A stretch of 47,373 nucleotides of DNA from Patescibacteria group bacterium (GTDB lineage Bacteria; Patescibacteriota; Microgenomatia; PFEM01; JAHIFH01): contig JAHIFH010000012.1 in NCBI GenBank assembly GCA_018900995.1, positions 1 to 47,373 of the forward strand. Reading direction: 5' to 3'. A program made the translations under genes and the position numbers. Under the pieces are notes generated by a model that searched no databases, was not told where the DNA came from, and worked only from the letters and a program-made list of their open reading frames with translations. Shown one piece after another: positions 43,374 through 47,373 of the stretch (the first letter of the stretch is position 1; the number at the start of each line of letters is the position of its first letter).

Positions 43374-44927
43374 TTATCGGCTATGGATTAAACGATAAAC
43401 TTCCACTCCTTCTAATTCCCACTTTTGCTCAATTTTTGACCAGCCAAAGTTGGCTATTTCTGCTGCAGGAGCTGTTGTCGGCTGACAGGGAAGTTTCTCG
43501 CAAATAACGAATAATTGTTCTGTGATCGTCTCTTCGGCGCGCAACGGCTCGATATCAGTGGGCGGAGTTCTCCATCTCTCCATAAAATAAGCATAGGCAG
43601 CTGGATAATTTCTTTCGGCAATCAATCCGAGATTAAATGGTTTTTCTTTAGCCTCATCAATAATAAAGCGGGCAATTTTCTGGGTTCGGCCTAACTGATT
43701 ATTAGGCTTATTTTTCAACGGACATTTTTGAAAAGAAAGAAAAACTAAGAAACACAAAGCAAGAATGACAATCACCTTTCCATAGACTCTTTTTTCCCAA
43801 ACTTGAGAAAGCACCCAACCCACTAAAAGGAAGGGAGCGGGAAAGAAGAAACCAAAATAATGGTCATAAATATGCTGTTTGTAATTGCCTAAGCCGAATA
43901 AACCGATTGTTAGCCAAACCAAAATCAAAATCAATTCCCGATTATCCTGCCAGATTTTTTGCCAATTTAGTTTTTTGTAATAACGCTCCGTACTGAAACC
44001 AGCTAATCCCAAAATCATTAGCAGCGCCAGCCAACTTCCATAGGTTTCGTTTTTACCGGCTATTAATCTCGTAGACACTTGAGAAACTAAATCCCAAAGA
44101 TTAGGAATGGCTTTGTAAACTTTCAAATTAACAGTGGTTTGGCGAACAGTAAAAAAGGTTTTAAAAGCTTGGAAATTAATGAAATTATGACGCAAATCAA
44201 ACCAAACCATGGGTGCTATTGTAAGGATACTAAAGATAAGAATACAGTAGATTGTGTATCGTATTAGTGATTTAAGCCTTGATTTTTTCTTAAAAACATT
44301 TTTGAAAGCCAAAAGCCAAAAAATTGAGACTGTTGGAATTAAAAGCAAGCCCAAATAATGGGATTGAAGAGCAAAAGAAAGAGCAATACCGACAATGGGA
44401 ATCCACCAATATTTTTTCTTAACCCAAAATTGATAAATACCATAAATGGTTAAAAGAGCAAAGAAAGGCATAATATTGGGATTCCAAGAAGAACGAGAAT
44501 AAATAATCACTACTGGGGCAAGAGCATAAAGAAAAGCAGCTATTAAACCAGCTTGTTTATCAAACCACTCTCGTCCCACCCACCAAACAAATCCGACCGT
44601 TACCACACCTAGAAACGCCACCATTGCTGACGGCCCAACGGGTGATAAACCAAACAACAAAAACCAGGGTAAAGCAAAATAATAATACAAAGGCCCCAAA
44701 TACATATTGCCAATTGAAGTCACCGGTCCGATTAAAACAAACTTCCCTTTTCTTATCATCCTTAGCCAAACCAAAGCATCTCGCCCTTCATCGCCTAAAA
44801 AAGTCATGTATTCAGGCAAACGATAAAAACGGAGGAAAGCAGCCACAAAAAGAACTAAAGACAAAAGAATAGCTTCGGTCCGATTGGCTTCTATAAACTC
44901 GGTTACTTTCTTTTTTATCTCTTTCAT
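43374..44927 (-). CDS. ArnT-like polytopic glycosyltransferase
   Basis: MTFLGDEGRDALVWL loop motif and GPVTSIGNMYLGPLYYY. Paralogue of 30498..31943. Confidence 0.7.
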   Translation of the reverse strand: MKEIKKKVTEFIEANRTEAILLSLVLFVAAFLRFYRLPEYMTFLGDEGRDALVWLRMIRKGKFVLIGPVTSIGNMYLGPLYYYFALPWFLLFGLSPVGPSAMVAFLGVVTVGFVWWVGREWFDKQAGLIAAFLYALAPVVIIYSRSSWNPNIMPFFALLTIYGIYQFWVKKKYWWIPIVGIALSFALQSHYLGLLLIPTVSIFWLLAFKNVFKKKSRLKSLIRYTIYCILIFSILTIAPMVWFDLRHNFINFQAFKTFFTVRQTTVNLKVYKAIPNLWDLVSQVSTRLIAGKNETYGSWLALLMILGLAGFSTERYYKKLNWQKIWQDNRELILILVWLTIGLFGLGNYKQHIYDHYFGFFFPAPFLLVGWVLSQVWEKRVYGKVIVILALCFLVFLSFQKCPLKNKPNNQLGRTQKIARFIIDEAKEKPFNLGLIAERNYPAAYAYFMERWRTPPTDIEPLRAEETITEQLFVICEKLPCQPTTAPAAEIANFGWSKIEQKWELEGVEVYRLIHSR

Positions 44928-45640
44928 CTCTTTTTCAATTTTCGGTAAAAACGTAAAAGATCAACATAGCCACTAAGAGCGACTTTTAGAGTGATGCCCG
45001 TCGCTTGGCCAGCTTTTCGCGGGTAGTGATGAACTCCAACCTGGCTAATCTTAAATCCCTCTTTTTTAGCTTTAACTAAAAGCTCGGTAGTGATAAACGG
45101 TCCCCGCTCAGCTTCGAGCCGAGGAATTTTATCAATTACTTTTTTACTAATAAGCTTAAATCCGCAGTCAATATCCCTAGCTCTAAGTCCAAAAAGAAGA
45201 AAAACAGGCAACTCCCAAAGAATTTTTGAAATTAAAATCCGATAAAAAGGTTCCGCCCTTTTAAGATAATAGCCAATCACCAAATCTGCTTTAGACTGGT
45301 GTTGTTCTTTAATAAATTTTGTGATTTCGGAAAAGTCAAATTGACCATCGGCGTCGGTGAAAGCAATCAATTCATATCGAGCATTGTAAACGCCACTTTT
45401 AATGGTTGCGCCATAGCCTCGATTTGGGGTATGGGTAATCATCTTGATTCGTGGTTCTTTTTTGATTAATTCCTCAACAATCTCGCCGGTCTTATCAGTT
45501 GAGCCATCATCAATAACAATAATCTCCCATTTCTTAGCTACCTTAGGAAGGATTTTAATGGCTTTAGTTACCGTTGTTTTAATATTGTCTTCTTCGTTGT
45601 AAGCCGGAAAGAAAACCGAAAGCTCCTTCACCTTCTCCAT
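44924..45640 (-). CDS. GT2 polyprenol-phosphate glycosyltransferase (GtrB/DPM1-like)
   Basis: LSVFFPAYNEEDNI, EIIVIDDGSTDKTGEIV, NRGYGATIKSG and AFTDADGQF. Confidence 0.8.
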   Translation of the reverse strand: MEKVKELSVFFPAYNEEDNIKTTVTKAIKILPKVAKKWEIIVIDDGSTDKTGEIVEELIKKEPRIKMITHTPNRGYGATIKSGVYNARYELIAFTDADGQFDFSEITKFIKEQHQSKADLVIGYYLKRAEPFYRILISKILWELPVFLLFGLRARDIDCGFKLISKKVIDKIPRLEAERGPFITTELLVKAKKEGFKISQVGVHHYPRKAGQATGITLKVALSGYVDLLRFYRKLKKR

Positions 45641-45670
45641 AATTTTCCTTTCAGTTAAATTATAGCAGAA

Positions 45671-45675
45671 GGAGG
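45671..45675 (+). promoter_or_regulatory. Shine-Dalgarno-like GGAGG upstream of ATG 45688
   Basis: GGAGG read directly, 12 nt before the ATG. Most other genes here lack an obvious SD sequence. Confidence 0.35.
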
Positions 45676-45687
45676 ATATTTTGTGCT

Positions 45688-46890
45688 ATGATGATAGTGA
45701 TGAAGGCAATTCAAAAATCCTGGCGAGATCTCCTGATTATCTGCCTTGTTTCCTTGGGCGCCACCGCCCTCATTTGGTTACCTTTTTTTCTTAGATTAAC
45801 GAGTTTTTGGAAAATTTCTTTACCAGCTGAAGGCATGGCAACAATAATGAAGAACTTTGATGGACTTTATTATGTTGTTATTGCCAAATCTCTTTATAAT
45901 CCCGAAATTATCAAAAATCTTGTCCCCTTTAATTTGCCAGCGATTTATTATGCCGCTCATTTTCCTCTTTATCCTTTACTAATTAAAATTGGTGGATTGG
46001 TCGTTAACCACACTTGGTCTATGCTTTCGATTAGTGTGATTGCTTCTTTGCTTTCAGCTATTGTTTTTTATCTTTTTCTCAAAGAGTTTAAACTCTCCAA
46101 GGACCCACTATGGCTAACAATCATTTATCTTCTCTTCCCCGCCCGCTGGTTAATTGTTCGCTCAGTTGGCTCACCTGAGTCTTTGTTTATGCTCTTTTTA
46201 CTAACTTCCTTTTATTATTTTAAAAAGAAAAACTACTTGTTCGCCGGTGGCTTTGGGGCTTTAGCCCAACTAACCAAACCCCCTGGTATTCTTCTTTTTG
46301 TTGCCTATGCTATTTATCTTTTTTGGCAAGAATCTAAGGAAACTTGGTTTACTCGTTTAGCCCAAGTATTTCGTTTATCTCGTCCAACTTGGCTAGCTCA
46401 ATTAACTAAAAAGGTTTATCCTCTCCTTTTAATCCCCTTAGCCTCAATAGGCGTCTGCCTATACTATTTATATATATACGGCGATTTCTTTGCCTATTTC
46501 CATTCTGGCGACAATATCCACCTTTTTTGGCCTCCACTTCAAGTTTTTAATGCCGCTGCTGCTTGGGTAGGAACTTATTGGCTTGAAGAAGTAATTTATG
46601 TTTATCTTTTGGGGATTTTGGGAGTGATTTATTTATTCAAACAGAAACGCTATGATTTAGGAATTTTTGCCGCTATCTTTTATTACACCATTCTTTTCAT
46701 TTCTCATCGCGATATCAGTCGCTACAGTTTACCCATGCTGCCTTTTATTTTAATTGCTTTTGATAAATTCTTGGTCAGGAAAGAATTCAAAATTGCTTTT
46801 GCCGTCATTCTCTTACCAATTTATCTTTATGTCATCAACTTCATTGCCGGGAATACTTTAGCTATCGCTGACTGGGCGCCTTTTCTTTAG
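45688..46890 (+). CDS. PIG-V-like polytopic mannosyltransferase, paralogue of 9271..10584
   Basis: NFDGLYYVVIAKSLY...AAHFPLYPLLI and multiple TM helices. Confidence 0.6.
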   Translation: MMIVMKAIQKSWRDLLIICLVSLGATALIWLPFFLRLTSFWKISLPAEGMATIMKNFDGLYYVVIAKSLYNPEIIKNLVPFNLPAIYYAAHFPLYPLLIKIGGLVVNHTWSMLSISVIASLLSAIVFYLFLKEFKLSKDPLWLTIIYLLFPARWLIVRSVGSPESLFMLFLLTSFYYFKKKNYLFAGGFGALAQLTKPPGILLFVAYAIYLFWQESKETWFTRLAQVFRLSRPTWLAQLTKKVYPLLLIPLASIGVCLYYLYIYGDFFAYFHSGDNIHLFWPPLQVFNAAAAWVGTYWLEEVIYVYLLGILGVIYLFKQKRYDLGIFAAIFYYTILFISHRDISRYSLPMLPFILIAFDKFLVRKEFKIAFAVILLPIYLYVINFIAGNTLAIADWAPFL

Positions 46891-46924
46891 CCCGTTCAAC
46901 GGGCTGTAAGTGCGTTTAACGCAC
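46889..46924. terminator. Two short GC-rich hairpins between convergent genes
   Basis: AGCCCG(T) TCA (A)CGGGCT at 46889-46905 and GTGCG TTTAA CGCAC at 46910-46924. Each overlaps the stop codon of one flanking gene. There is no clear T-tract. Confidence 0.4.
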
Positions 46925-47340
46925 TAGCCAGCCCTTTCCTGAAACCAGCCGAAGAGTTTTGATTTTCTGGTTTTCCAAATAAAAGTGGTGTACATGAAAA
47001 AGTTATAGGGCAAGACAAGGAAGCCGATGGCGAAAATCAATAGAATTTGTCGCCACTGGTCGCCAAAGAAAGCTGTACCAACCCAAACAACAATAGTTTG
47101 AATAATTAAAGCGCCCAAAGAAGTAAAATTGAACTGGAGAAATTTATAGGGAATCCGAGTCCAGGAGATAATTTTCTTCTCCGCAAAAGTCCAGATATTA
47201 TTAAGAATAAAGTTATTAATAATGGCTAATTCGGTAGCGACAGCTGTCGCTGGTCCCGGTGATAATCCAGCGCGATAAAATACTTCGAGACCAACGGCAT
47301 TAACAATGTAACCAATAAACCCAACCACAGCAAATTTCAT
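46924..47340 (-). CDS. GtrA-family small membrane protein (lipid-linked sugar translocation)
   Basis: MKFAVVGFIGYIVNAVGLEVFY... with 4 TM helices and a size typical of GtrA. ATG 47340 is preferred over the edge-touching TTG 47373. Confidence 0.7.
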   Translation of the reverse strand: MKFAVVGFIGYIVNAVGLEVFYRAGLSPGPATAVATELAIINNFILNNIWTFAEKKIISWTRIPYKFLQFNFTSLGALIIQTIVVWVGTAFFGDQWRQILLIFAIGFLVLPYNFFMYTTFIWKTRKSKLFGWFQERAG

Positions 47341-47373
47341 AAATTGTTGGGTTTTCGGATCTTGGAGTCGCAA

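Noticed and set aside
1-47373. Alternative genetic code (UGA recoding, as in some CPR lineages)
   Set aside because: Long family-recognisable ORFs terminate cleanly at TGA as well as TAA and TAG (for example the stops at 25711, 31940 and 41041). No in-frame TGA needs to be read through.
1-47373. Mobile genetic island, prophage or defence island
   Set aside because: I found no integrase, transposase, reverse transcriptase, tRNA, long flanking direct repeats or recognisable defence genes. The only mobile-looking sequences are the short in-frame repeats.

Overview
This AT-rich 47.4 kb window is almost entirely surface-glycosylation genes. The gene content resembles uncultured small-genome bacteria (CPR/Patescibacteria, Microgenomates-like); that is an inference from protein families only, with no rRNA or tRNA here to confirm it. 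By motif reading I count 11 intact GT2 glycosyltransferases plus one truncated remnant, 2 GT4 enzymes, and about 16 large polytopic GT-C-type membrane proteins. The GT-C set comprises six roughly 555-aa GT39/PMT-like paralogues, three ArnT-like proteins, two PIG-V-like, two DUF2029-like, two COG5617/PTPS-related and one unclassified. There are also two Wzx/MOP flippases, a GtrA-like protein, a SAM methyltransferase, a B12-binding radical SAM enzyme, a circularly permuted GTPase fused to a SIS domain, a NYN-domain protein and a few unknowns. Genes form two very long minus-strand runs with overlapping or near-abutting ORFs: 12 genes at 20550->6167 and 17 genes at 45640->25711. Each run leaves a short divergent intergenic hub. 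No transposase, integrase, CRISPR, tRNA or rRNA was seen. The features I cannot explain by ordinary annotation are listed here. (1) A family of strict 7-nt-period tandem arrays sits in-frame inside seven different genes, including a roughly 66-nt composite element present in two unrelated genes. This suggests either contingency (phase-variation) loci or a coding-sequence-invading repeat. (2) A (TTTC)6 tract lies inside a flippase gene. (3) A 42-bp tandem duplication in the divergent hub at 20.6 kb carries a hairpin preserved by three compensatory base-pair changes. (4) A GC-rich twin hairpin is embedded in the 5' end of a membrane glycosyltransferase ORF. (5) The cpGTPase-SIS fusion is translationally coupled into the glycosylation operon. 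All family calls come from motif recognition by eye; no searches were run.
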